Shown in pieces: positions 8,905 to 17,731 of a DNA stretch of 42,166 nucleotides. The stretch is from the sequence record SRR2962707_624. The stretch is one strand, 5' to 3'. Position 1 is the stretch's first letter. Each line of letters begins with the position of its first letter. The notes beneath the pieces are model-generated. The model searched no databases and had not been told where the DNA came from. It saw nothing but the letters and a program-made list of their open reading frames with translations. The position numbers were made by a program, and so were the translations under genes.

Positions 8905-9846
8905 CTATGCGAGCGCTTCCTTGAGGGCCTTTGCCGCCGCCTTCACCGCATCGCGCGACACGTCGAGGGCGCCCTGCAGGTTGAAGAAGCCGTGGATCAT
9001 GCCTTCGTAGTTCACATATTCGGCTTCGACGCCCGCCTTCTTGAGCGCTTCGGCGTAGGCCTTACCCTCGTCGCGCAACACGTCGAAACCGGCGGTGACG
9101 ACATAGGCAGGCGGCAGGCCCGCAAGCGACTCCGCCCTGAGCGGCGCAGCGTAGGGGTCTGCCGGATCGGCGCCCCCGGCGAGCACGTAGTGATTCCAGA
9201 ACCAGTCCATGCCCTCGGCTTCTAGGAAATGACCTTCTCCGAAATCCTTGTAGGACTGGGTGTTGCGCGGCGCGTCCGTCACCGGATAGATCAGAAGCTG
9301 GAAGGCGATCTCCGGCCCCTTCTCGGCTTTCGCCTTGAGGCAGACGGCGGCGGCGAGATTGCCGCCCGCGCTGTCGCCCGCGACGGCGATGCCGTTCGGA
9401 TCGATACCGATTTCCGACGAGTTCGCCTCGACCCATTTGACGGCGGCATAGGCGTCGTCGATGGCGGCGGGAAAGGGGTGCTCGGGTGCCAGCCGGTAAT
9501 CGACGGCGATCACCTTGCAGCCGGCCTCGTTGGCGAGCGTGCGGCAGAGCGCGTCATGCGTTTCGAGGTCGCCGATGACCCAGCCGCCGCCATGGAAATA
9601 GACGAGCGCGGGGCCGGTGCCGCCGCCCGCGACCGGGGTGTAGATGCGAACGGGAATATCGCTCGCGGGACCGGGAATCGCCCGGTCCTCGGTCTTGCCG
9701 ATGGGCACGCCCTGCAGATCGAGCATGCCGGCCATGGCGCGGTACATTTCGCGCCCGCCTTCCGGCGGCAGATCGATCAGACGCGGTGCGTCGGGATCGG
9801 CCGCAAGCTGGTCGAGCAGCGCCTTCGCCTGTGGATCGAGTGACAT
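8905..9846 (-). CDS. Alpha/beta hydrolase, hormone-sensitive-lipase (family IV) esterase
   Basis: Motifs YFHGGGW, DYRLAPEHPFPA, GDSAGGNL, DVLRDEG and HGF. GGAGG RBS before ATG 9846. Confidence 0.95.
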   Translation of the reverse strand: MSLDPQAKALLDQLAADPDAPRLIDLPPEGGREMYRAMAGMLDLQGVPIGKTEDRAIPGPASDIPVRIYTPVAGGGTGPALVYFHGGGWVIGDLETHDALCRTLANEAGCKVIAVDYRLAPEHPFPAAIDDAYAAVKWVEANSSEIGIDPNGIAVAGDSAGGNLAAAVCLKAKAEKGPEIAFQLLIYPVTDAPRNTQSYKDFGEGHFLEAEGMDWFWNHYVLAGGADPADPYAAPLRAESLAGLPPAYVVTAGFDVLRDEGKAYAEALKKAGVEAEYVNYEGMIHGFFNLQGALDVSRDAVKAAAKALKEALA

Positions 9847-9937
9847 ATAGGTGGTCCTCCCCGCCTTCTTATTTTCGCGAAGGACCCTTTTATCCGCCGG
9901 GCGCGGCAAGCGCCAAGCGGCAAATTCGGGAAGAAAC

Positions 9938-10144
9938 CTAGTGGAGAACGTGTCCGTCGCGGCTGCGGCGGCCTTCCACCATGTCTTCGACGACGACGCG
10001 GAGCGCCCGCCAGGCATCGGCGCGCATTTTCTCGCCGATTTCCTCGAGCTCGCAGACCGCCGTGTCGGCGTAGCAAAGCGCCTTGCGGCCATGCGTATCG
10101 ACCATATAGGCCGCGAGAAGGTTGATTTCCCTGTCCGTTATCAT
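9938..10144 (-). CDS. Small hypothetical protein (68 aa)
   Basis: MITDREINLLAAYMVDTHG...HVLH has a GGAG RBS and fills the gap between co-oriented genes. Confidence 0.7.
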   Translation of the reverse strand: MITDREINLLAAYMVDTHGRKALCYADTAVCELEEIGEKMRADAWRALRVVVEDMVEGRRSRDGHVLH

Positions 10145-10319
10145 TTTCGGCTCTCCGGTTGGCTTGCGTTTGCAGAACCTTTTGCAACCGGCGGACCAGA
10201 CAGAGAAGTTAAAGAAAATCATAGAGTTAGACGGATTTCCGGCGAGGGAGGCCGGGCCACCGGCAAGCTTTGCCGGAATGAATCGGACGGCAGGCGGCCA
10301 ATTTTGCCGCCGCCAGCCG

Positions 10320-11048
10320 CTACCAGGGCTCGGCGCTGGTGCGCACATCCGCCTCGAAGGTCCAGGCGGCGCGGGGCTGGCCGTGCATCTGGAGATAGAT
10401 TTCGGCGATGCCGGAAAGGTCGATCAGGCGGCCCTCGCCGGAGCGCTGGGCGGCATATTGGGGGAGCAGCGTGTGGATTTTCTCGCCATCGATGGCGCCG
10501 TCGATCACGACATGACCGACATGGATGCCAAGCGGCCCGAATTCCTTGGCGGCGCTCTGCGCGAAATTGCGCAAGCCCCCCTTGGCAGCGGTGAAGGCGG
10601 CGAAGCCTTCCTTGCCCCGCATGCTGGCGGAAGCGCCTGTGAAGAGGAGCGTGCCCTGCCCCCGCGGGCTCATATGGTCCGATGCCTCGCGCGCGAAGAC
10701 GAAGGCGCCGAAGGTGCAGACGCGCCAGCAGCGCTCGAAGAAGTCGGAGGTCATGCCGGAAATCTTGCCCGGCATGTTGTTGCCCGCATTGTAGACGGCG
10801 AGCGAGACCGGACCCGTCTCTTCCGCGCAGTTCCAGAGATCGATCACCTGGCCCTCGTCCGTGACATCGCAGATGAGCGCCGTGGCGGCGCCGCCTTCCG
10901 CCCGGATCGCCTCGGCAACCGCTTCGAGCTTTTCGAGCGTGCGGCCTGCGACGAAGACATGGAGGCCGTCCTTCGCGATCCGCCGCGCAAGCACCGCGCC
11001 AAGCCCGTTCGCCGGGCCGACGCCCGCCACGATTGCCGTTTCGACCAT
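10320..11048 (-). CDS. Short-chain dehydrogenase/reductase (atypical, FxxxK active site)
   Basis: Motifs GVGPANGLG, YNAG, TGASASMRG, FTAAKGGLR and HVVIDGAIDG. GGAGGG RBS. Confidence 0.9.
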   Translation of the reverse strand: MVETAIVAGVGPANGLGAVLARRIAKDGLHVFVAGRTLEKLEAVAEAIRAEGGAATALICDVTDEGQVIDLWNCAEETGPVSLAVYNAGNNMPGKISGMTSDFFERCWRVCTFGAFVFAREASDHMSPRGQGTLLFTGASASMRGKEGFAAFTAAKGGLRNFAQSAAKEFGPLGIHVGHVVIDGAIDGEKIHTLLPQYAAQRSGEGRLIDLSGIAEIYLQMHGQPRAAWTFEADVRTSAEPW

Positions 11049-11122
11049 GGAATTGCCCTCCGCGTCACATCCAAGCTGAGGGACATATAGTCAGTTCGGA
11101 AAGAGAACCAAGGGAAAATGTG

Positions 11123-11665
11123 TCAGCCGGCGAAGCCGCCCTCATCGAGGAAGCTTTGTTCCTCCGGCGTCGTTTCGCGGCCGAGAACGGCATTGCGATG
11201 GGGGAAGCGGCCGAAACGGCGGATAATGTCCGCGTGGTCGACGGCGAATTCCATCGTCTCCGGATCATCGAGACGCTGCGCGAAATAGACGAGACCGCGC
11301 TCCTGCGCGGCAAGGTCTTCCGAATGCATGTAGGGCATGTAGAACCACTTGCGCGCGGTCACCGGCGTCTCGACATCGTAGCGGCGGCGCACGCTTTCAT
11401 CGGCAAGCGCGAGCGCCTTTGCATCCTGCGCGAAGGCGCGGTGGTCGTTCCGCCAAAGATTGCGGGAGAACTGGTCGAGCACGAGGATGAGCGCGAGCGA
11501 GCCTTGCGCGTCCGCCCCCCATTCGTCGAGCTTGCCCGAAGAGGCTTGCGCATGCGTTTCGCCGAAGCGGCGGCGGATTTCGGCATCGAAAGCGTCGCTC
11601 TTCTTGAACCATTTTTCAGGTCCGGCTGCGAACCAGAAATCGAGCACATCGCGCGGGCGGATCAT
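11123..11665 (-). CDS. DUF924 family protein
   Basis: Motifs VLDFWF, LDQFSRN, YMPYMHSE and RFGRFPHRNAVLGR. GGAG RBS before ATG 11665. Confidence 0.92.
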   Translation of the reverse strand: MIRPRDVLDFWFAAGPEKWFKKSDAFDAEIRRRFGETHAQASSGKLDEWGADAQGSLALILVLDQFSRNLWRNDHRAFAQDAKALALADESVRRRYDVETPVTARKWFYMPYMHSEDLAAQERGLVYFAQRLDDPETMEFAVDHADIIRRFGRFPHRNAVLGRETTPEEQSFLDEGGFAG

Positions 11666-11686
11666 GGTTGCTCCAAAAACAAAATT

Positions 11687-11792
11687 GTCATCCCGGCACC
11701 CTCCTTTGGAAACAAAAAGGGGGGCCGGGATCCAATCCACATTTCAACAATCCGGGATGCCAATGAGTCCCGGGAATAAATCCCGGGATGAC
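11687..11792. repeat. Nested palindromic intergenic repeat (REPIN/MITE-like)
   Basis: Terminal inverted repeats GTCATCCCGG...CCGGGATGAC enclose two internal hairpins (ATCCCGGC..GCCGGGAT and TCCCGGGA..TCCCGGGA). Confidence 0.75.
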
Positions 11793-11831
11793 ACCTCATT
11801 TTTGGCAACGGCAGCGACTGATCGCAACACA

Positions 11832-12030
11832 TCAAACCACAATCACATCCGCAGGCACGGGCTCTTCGTAGAGACGTTCCACAAGATGCGCACGGCGGGA
11901 CGCGGTCGCCTCCTGGTTCACATAGCCCTCGGGCAGCGGATGGTCCGATGAAATATAGATCGCGCCGCCCTCGTCGCGCTGCACGGTGATCTTCGGCGGC
12001 TTCTGCTTCAGCGGCTTGAATGACGCGGGC
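11832..12030 (-). pseudogene. Internally deleted feruloyl-CoA synthase-like acyl-CoA ligase remnant
   Basis: Reads SFKPLKQKPPKITVQRDEGGAIYISSDHPLPE (Fcs-like N-terminus) fused in frame to GYVNQEATASRRAHLVERLYEEPVPADVIVV-stop (Fcs-like C-terminus). No start codon lies between it and the upstream gene. Confidence 0.75.
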
Positions 12031-12090
12031 CCGCGCGTTCCGATGCGCGCGGTGACCCGGGTTTCGATCTTGAATGCGCCGTATCGCCGG

Positions 12091-13656
12091 TCAGTTGACC
12101 ATACGTTCCCGGCCTTCCCAGTAAGGCGCGCGCAACTCGCGGCGGAGAATCTTGCCCGACGGATTGCGCGGCAGCGCCTCAATGAAGTCGACCGATTTCG
12201 GCACCTTGTAGGCGGCGATGCGCGTTTTCGAGAAGGCGATGATCTCGTCGGGCGTCGCGTGTTCGCCGGGCTTGAGGACGACGATGGCCTTCACCGCCTC
12301 GCCCCACTTCTCGTGCGGTACGCCGACGACGGCAGCATCCGCAATCGCCGGATGCCCGAACAGCGCGTTCTCGACTTCTGCCGGATAGATGTTCTCGCCG
12401 CCCGAAACGATCATGTCCTTCACCCGGTCATGGATGAAAAGATAGCCGTCTTTGTCGAAGAAACCGGCATCGCCCGAATAGAACCAGCCGTCGCGAATCG
12501 AATCCGTCGTTGCGTCGGGTCTGTTCCAGTAGCCTTTCATGACCGAACCGCCCTTGATGACGATCTCGCCGACCTCGCCGGTGGATACATCGTCGCCTTT
12601 GTCGTCGACGACGCGGATATCCATATCGGGGTTTGGAATGCCGCAGGAGCGAAGTTTGCCCTTGGCCGGATCATGCGCTTCCGGCGGCAAATGGGTCGCA
12701 CCGCCACTGGTTTCGGTGAGGCCGTAAAGCTGCACGAAGCCGGCACCCTTGAACGTTTCCTGCGCGCGAAGCAGGACGTCTTCAGCTATCGGCGAAGCGC
12801 CGTAGAGAATCTGGCGCAGGCTCGACACATCGGTGGAAGCAAGATTCGGCTGCTGCAGCAGAAAGAGAATGACGGCCGGTACCATGAAGGCCACGGTGAG
12901 CTTCTCGCTCTCGATCAGCTTCAGGATCAACTGCGGGTCGACATCCTTGAGGATCACGTTCCGGCAGCCATGCAGATTGCCGAGGATGCCGATATTGACG
13001 CCTGCGACATGAAAGAGCGGCATGCAGACAAGGACAACATCGTCCAGACCCCAGTTCGCCCAGTCCGTGCCCTGCTTGAAGACCGAGATGTAATTTGCGT
13101 TGGTGAGCTGCACGCCTTTCGGGTGGCCGGTCGTGCCGCTCGTATAGAGCTGGATCACGTCATCGTCGGGCGCGGCGGGCAGCATCGGGTCTTCCGCCTT
13201 CGCCGCGTCGCGCCAATCGTCGAAGGACTGCCAGTCGTTGCGCCCGCCATCGAGCGCTATCACCTTGCGGACCGTGGGGCACTCCGGCAGCACCTTCTCG
13301 ACGAGTTCATAGAACTCGGCGCCGATGAAGAGGATTTCGGTCCTGGAGTCGTTCAGCACATAGGCGACTTCGGGGGCGGCGAGACGCCAGTTGACGCCGA
13401 CAACGACCGCCTTCGCCTTGAAGGCGCCATAGAGCATTTCGAAATAGCGGTCGGAACCCTTGCCCATGAAACCGATGCGCGCATCGGGCTTGCAGCCGTC
13501 GCCGATCAGCGCCTGCGCGACCTGGCTGGCGCGCTTGTCGAGCTCGCCATAGGTCGTCTCCCGGCCTTCGAAAACCTGCGCCACCGCATCCGGCTGAGTC
13601 GCGGCCTGGGCGCGCGTGATGTCGGCCACGCATTTTACTCGTTCGGCGTCGAACAT
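12091..13656 (-). CDS. Long-chain fatty-acid--CoA ligase
   Basis: Motifs YTSGTTGHPKG, MPLFHVAG, YGLTET, SGD, DRVKDMIVSGGENIYPAEVE and PRNPSGK. GGAGG RBS before ATG 13656. Confidence 0.95.
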   Translation of the reverse strand: MFDAERVKCVADITRAQAATQPDAVAQVFEGRETTYGELDKRASQVAQALIGDGCKPDARIGFMGKGSDRYFEMLYGAFKAKAVVVGVNWRLAAPEVAYVLNDSRTEILFIGAEFYELVEKVLPECPTVRKVIALDGGRNDWQSFDDWRDAAKAEDPMLPAAPDDDVIQLYTSGTTGHPKGVQLTNANYISVFKQGTDWANWGLDDVVLVCMPLFHVAGVNIGILGNLHGCRNVILKDVDPQLILKLIESEKLTVAFMVPAVILFLLQQPNLASTDVSSLRQILYGASPIAEDVLLRAQETFKGAGFVQLYGLTETSGGATHLPPEAHDPAKGKLRSCGIPNPDMDIRVVDDKGDDVSTGEVGEIVIKGGSVMKGYWNRPDATTDSIRDGWFYSGDAGFFDKDGYLFIHDRVKDMIVSGGENIYPAEVENALFGHPAIADAAVVGVPHEKWGEAVKAIVVLKPGEHATPDEIIAFSKTRIAAYKVPKSVDFIEALPRNPSGKILRRELRAPYWEGRERMVN

Positions 13657-13904
13657 GACGGTATTCCTCCCCGTGCTGGCATATTGCCGATCTCGCGCGG
13701 GCATCCTCTTGCTCCGGCGCGGGCGGCCTTTTCGGCCCCTCTTGCGCGCCAGTGTAGCCGTCCGCGCGGGCGGGGCAAGCGAAGCCGGAAGCGGACACGG
13801 ACTGTTGAAGAGGCCTCCGGCGGACGCGAGCGGCTGGACGCAGCGTCGGCGCGGGGTAGACTGCCCCCAACCAGAAATCACGTTCAGGGAAGGAACTCAC
13901 GCAT

Positions 13905-14456
13905 ATGGCCCGCATCCCCTATTTCGACCGAGAGAAAGCCACCGGCCGCGCGGCGAAGGTTTACGAGACGCTGCCGAACCTCAACATCTTCCGCATGCTC
14001 GGCCATTCAGGCGACATGATCGAGGGCTTCATCAAGCTCGGCAATGCGATCCTCGTCTACAGCGAGATCGATGCGGTGCTGCGCGAAATCGCCATCGTCC
14101 GTGTCGGCGTGCTGAAAGGCGCTTCCTACGAGGTCTACCAGCATGAGGAAATCTCGCGGAAGCTCGGCATGTCGGAAGAGCTGATCAAGGCAATTCACGA
14201 AGGACCCGACGCAAAGGCTTTTGACGAGTTGCAGCGCATGGTGATGCGCTTCACCGACGATGTGGTGGCCAACACGCGCGCCTCCGATGCGACGTTCAAT
14301 CCGCTCGCCGAGAAGCTCGGCTACAAGCAGCTTCAGGAGCTCGTCATCACCATCGGCTTCTACACAACCGCCTGTTATTTCCTCGAAACCTTCGACGTCG
14401 ACATCGAGGAAGCGGGTCACAAGTCGGGTGTAAACCTGCCCGGCATGCAGGGCTGA
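13905..14456 (+). CDS. Carboxymuconolactone decarboxylase/AhpD-like family protein
   Basis: Motifs LNIFRMLGH, LREIAIVRVG..YEVYQH and ELVITIGFY. AAGGAA RBS. Confidence 0.85.
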   Translation: MARIPYFDREKATGRAAKVYETLPNLNIFRMLGHSGDMIEGFIKLGNAILVYSEIDAVLREIAIVRVGVLKGASYEVYQHEEISRKLGMSEELIKAIHEGPDAKAFDELQRMVMRFTDDVVANTRASDATFNPLAEKLGYKQLQELVITIGFYTTACYFLETFDVDIEEAGHKSGVNLPGMQG

Positions 14457-14458
14457 CC

Positions 14459-15025
14459 ATGGCGCGCCTTCCTTATCCCGATCCGGCGGACCTGCCGGAT
14501 GCGAGCCGCGAACTGCTCGAAGGCCTGCCGCAGCTCAACATCTTCCGCATGCTGGCGGGCAGCGGCCCTTCCTTCGTACCCTTCATGGCGCTCATCAACG
14601 CCTATCTGAACGAAGGGCTGCTCGACACGGAACTGCGTGAACTCGTGATCCTCCGCGTCGGCCATCTCTGCGGCTCGACCTATGAGTTGCACCAGCACCG
14701 CCGCGTGTCGCGAATGATCGGCATGAGCGCGGAACGGATCGAGGCGGCCGAAGGCGCGCTCCCCTCGCCTCTCCTCAGTGAGGCGGAGAACGCGGTTCTC
14801 GCCTTTACCGACGACCAGGTGGCGAACGTGAAGGCGGACGGCGCGCTGTTCGCCGCCGCGCGCAAGCACCTCGGCGATGCCGGCATGCAGGAACTCGTCA
14901 TCATCGTCGGCATCTATCTTCTCGTCTGCCGCTATCTGGAGACGCTGGAGATAGATATCGAGGAGACGGACATTGCGACGAGCGGCCTCGACGAAATCAG
15001 GCGGAGCATGAAGAGGCATGACTGA
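14459..15025 (+). CDS. Carboxymuconolactone decarboxylase/AhpD-like family protein (tandem paralogue)
   Basis: Motifs LNIFRMLA, LRELVILRVG..YELHQH and ELVIIVGIY. Collinear similarity to the preceding gene. Confidence 0.85.
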   Translation: MARLPYPDPADLPDASRELLEGLPQLNIFRMLAGSGPSFVPFMALINAYLNEGLLDTELRELVILRVGHLCGSTYELHQHRRVSRMIGMSAERIEAAEGALPSPLLSEAENAVLAFTDDQVANVKADGALFAAARKHLGDAGMQELVIIVGIYLLVCRYLETLEIDIEETDIATSGLDEIRRSMKRHD

Positions 15026-15857
15026 GAAAGAGCCCTATGTGAAGCCGCTGCCGCCGGAATCGGAAGGCACGGCGCCGGGACGCGGGCGGCTCAAGGGCCG
15101 TCGCATCCTTGTCGTCGGCGGCGGCCAGCGCGTCCTCGACGCGGCGAGCGATCCGGTCGGCAATGGCCGCGCCATGTCGCTGCTCTTTGCGCGCGAAGGC
15201 GCGGAGGTGGCCGTCGCCGACATGAACCTGAAATCGGCGGAAGAAACAGTCGCGCAGATCGTGAAGGTGGGTGGCAAGGCCCATGCCATCGAGACAGACA
15301 TCTCGAAGCCGGACGACATCGCCGCGATGATCGGAGAAGCTGAGACGGCGCTCGGCACGCTGGACGGGCTCGTCCTCAATGTCGGCATCGGCGTCGGCGG
15401 GCTCGGCCTCCAGGGCGCGGAGCCGGACGACTGGGACAAGGTGCTGGCCGTGAACCTGCGCGGGCCGATGCTCTGCTGCAAGGCGGCGCTGCCGAGGCTG
15501 GCCGACGGCTCGCCTATCGTTTTCATTTCGTCGATTGCGGGGCTCATCGCGGGCTCGCGCCTGCCGGCCTATGACGCATCCAAGGCCGCGCTTGGCGGGC
15601 TGATGCGGCATGTCGCGCTTGAAGGATCGCGGCGCGGCATCCGCGCGAACATCGTCGCGCCGGGCCTCGTCGACACGCCGCTCGGCCGCGTGGCGACGCA
15701 AGGGCGGCCCTCGCGCGGGCGCACGCCCGTTCCCTTCGGGCGGCAGGCGACGGGATGGGAGATCGCCTATGCGGCGCTCTTTCTCGTCTCCGACGAAAGC
15801 GTTTACGTCACCGCGCAGACGCTCGCCGTCGACAGCGGCATGACGGGCATTTCCTGA
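15018..15857 (+). CDS. SDR-family oxidoreductase
   Basis: Motifs GNGRA, NVGI, ISS, YDASK, IRANIVAPGLVDT and LAVDSG. Overlaps the upstream stop. Confidence 0.92.
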   Translation: MTEKEPYVKPLPPESEGTAPGRGRLKGRRILVVGGGQRVLDAASDPVGNGRAMSLLFAREGAEVAVADMNLKSAEETVAQIVKVGGKAHAIETDISKPDDIAAMIGEAETALGTLDGLVLNVGIGVGGLGLQGAEPDDWDKVLAVNLRGPMLCCKAALPRLADGSPIVFISSIAGLIAGSRLPAYDASKAALGGLMRHVALEGSRRGIRANIVAPGLVDTPLGRVATQGRPSRGRTPVPFGRQATGWEIAYAALFLVSDESVYVTAQTLAVDSGMTGIS

Positions 15858-15860
15858 GCT

Positions 15861-17000
15861 TCAGGTCGCGGGACCATAACCGAAGTAATGCGCGATGGGC
15901 GCCGTGCGGTCGCGGATCGCATGGAGCTCGTCGGGCAAGAAATGCGGCTCGTAATAGCCCGGTGGATGAAGGCGCGAGCGCGCCCGCTCGACGATCTCGT
16001 CCGATACGTCCAGACGGCAATGATCGAGGATGCGGCGCATCTTTTCCGCAGGCCGCTCGCAGACGTCTTCGTAGCGGACGAACAAGACGGCGTCCGATAG
16101 TGCGGGGTTCATGTCGCAACGCTCGGCGACATAGCCATAAACCTCCGCCCATTGCAGCGCCCAGCCCTCCGCCTCGCGGCCTTCCGACCAGAGTTCGGCG
16201 ACCGTTGCTGCCACAGACTCGCTGCCGCAATTGATCGGCACGCGGTCGAGACCGAATTCGAAATGGCCTGTATGCGCGAGATGCGCGCGGGCTTCGGGAT
16301 GCTCCACCTCGCCCTGCACGAACAGCCGGTGTTGCTTCATCAGCGAGGCGACGTGCCAGACCGGTCCGCGAATGGGCACGACGAAGCGGGCATCGGGAAA
16401 GAGCTTCAGGAGATACTCGAGCCGCGTCACATTGTAGTTCGCCTTGGCGAGATAGCGCATGCCGTCGCGCAGGAAGAGAAGTTTGCGGATATGCGCGCTG
16501 AGGAAGGCCTCGAACTCGGGATGCGATGCTTCCTGCGTAAAGGTCTCGTCCCAGAGGCGCTTGTGGAGATGAGGAAAGAAATTCATCCAGACCGGCTCCT
16601 CGAAAGCCTCGGGACTTTCGGACGTCACATAGATCCCGTCCTTGTGCGCGCGCTCGGCGGGCGCTTCCTGCTTGCCCGGTATGTAGTCGACGAGCTTGTT
16701 CCACAGGATCGGCGTGAACACCGGCGGGAAATCGCGGTAGCGCTGCGTGACGACCTGCGGATGATCCGCGAGAAGTTCGAGAAGAACGGTGCTGCCGCTG
16801 CGCGCAAGACCGCTGATCCAGACCGGCGACGTGACCGGAATATCGTCGAAGCGATCCTCGAACAGGCGTGTCTCCATTTTTGCGAGCGACTGCATCAGCT
16901 TCGGCCGCTCGTAGAGGATACGGCCGAGCCGGTCCATCCAGGGCGTGACGGCGAATTTATCCGCAGGCGAGGAGGCGGGAGAGGAGGCCGCGTTGCTCAT
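15861..17000 (-). CDS. PAPS-dependent sulfotransferase family protein (cytoplasmic)
   Basis: 5'-PSB loop ISGLARSGSTVLLELLADHP, YLAKAN, LFPDARFVVPIRGP..VASL (3'-PB) and FVRYEDVC. No signal peptide. ATGA overlap with the upstream gene. Confidence 0.9.
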   Translation of the reverse strand: MSNAASSPASSPADKFAVTPWMDRLGRILYERPKLMQSLAKMETRLFEDRFDDIPVTSPVWISGLARSGSTVLLELLADHPQVVTQRYRDFPPVFTPILWNKLVDYIPGKQEAPAERAHKDGIYVTSESPEAFEEPVWMNFFPHLHKRLWDETFTQEASHPEFEAFLSAHIRKLLFLRDGMRYLAKANYNVTRLEYLLKLFPDARFVVPIRGPVWHVASLMKQHRLFVQGEVEHPEARAHLAHTGHFEFGLDRVPINCGSESVAATVAELWSEGREAEGWALQWAEVYGYVAERCDMNPALSDAVLFVRYEDVCERPAEKMRRILDHCRLDVSDEIVERARSRLHPPGYYEPHFLPDELHAIRDRTAPIAHYFGYGPAT

Positions 17001-17722
17001 GCGATCTTTCCGACTTTCTTGATGATGAGGGAGAAGGCGAGAAAGAGCGCGAAGAAGAGCGCTTCCCAACCGCGCATCCAGGAGGGCCCGAAAGGCACGA
17101 CCTCGAACGCCGGGAGACGGACTTCAACACGCTCCACCGGCACACCATCGGGCAGATACCCTGCCGGATTGGCGATGAACCAGTTCCACCAGCGGTATTT
17201 CTCGATGACGGGCACGGGCGCCTTCATCGGCACATCGGAAACGACAACGCCTTCCGGCTCGCGCACCACGACGCGGCGATCCGCAGCGCCATTTCCGATG
17301 ATCGCAGCGTGAAATCCCTCAGGCGCGGCTTGCGCGGGCGCATGGGCATTTTCCGGTGGAAAGCGATAGCCGTAATCGTTCGAGAGCCAGACGATGAGCG
17401 CGATGATGGGAAGCGAGGCGGCAAGCGCCGGCGGCAGGGCAAGCCAGAGGCGCGATCCCGCCGCGCGAAACATGCGGGCGATCATCGGCCACGCCTCGTC
17501 CATCTCGCCGTCGAATGCGTTGAGTTCGCGCCGCGCGGCGAGAGCCTCGGCTTCCGATGCGGCAAGCCTCTTCTGCGGTGAGAGCAGCTTGTAGAGCCAC
17601 ATCGAAAGCCCGGCGGCGGCAAGCGCCCAGAGAAGAAGCCGCGCCGCAGGCGGAAGCGGCTGCAGCAACGTTTCCACCGCACGGAACAGCGGCGCCGGGA
17701 GATCGAAGAGGCCCATCGTCAT
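16997..17722 (-). CDS. Membrane protein, DUF106/EMC3/TMCO1 (Oxa1 superfamily)-like topology
   Basis: Amphipathic N-terminal helix, TM1 (LLLWALAAAGLSMWLY), charged helical segment, TM2 (LPPALAASLPIIALIVWL), large loop, TM3 ending GWEALFFALFLAFSLIIKKVGKIA. The CDS is well supported; the family call is by architecture only. Confidence 0.6.
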   Translation of the reverse strand: MTMGLFDLPAPLFRAVETLLQPLPPAARLLLWALAAAGLSMWLYKLLSPQKRLAASEAEALAARRELNAFDGEMDEAWPMIARMFRAAGSRLWLALPPALAASLPIIALIVWLSNDYGYRFPPENAHAPAQAAPEGFHAAIIGNGAADRRVVVREPEGVVVSDVPMKAPVPVIEKYRWWNWFIANPAGYLPDGVPVERVEVRLPAFEVVPFGPSWMRGWEALFFALFLAFSLIIKKVGKIA

Positions 17723-17731
17723 GACGCTCTC

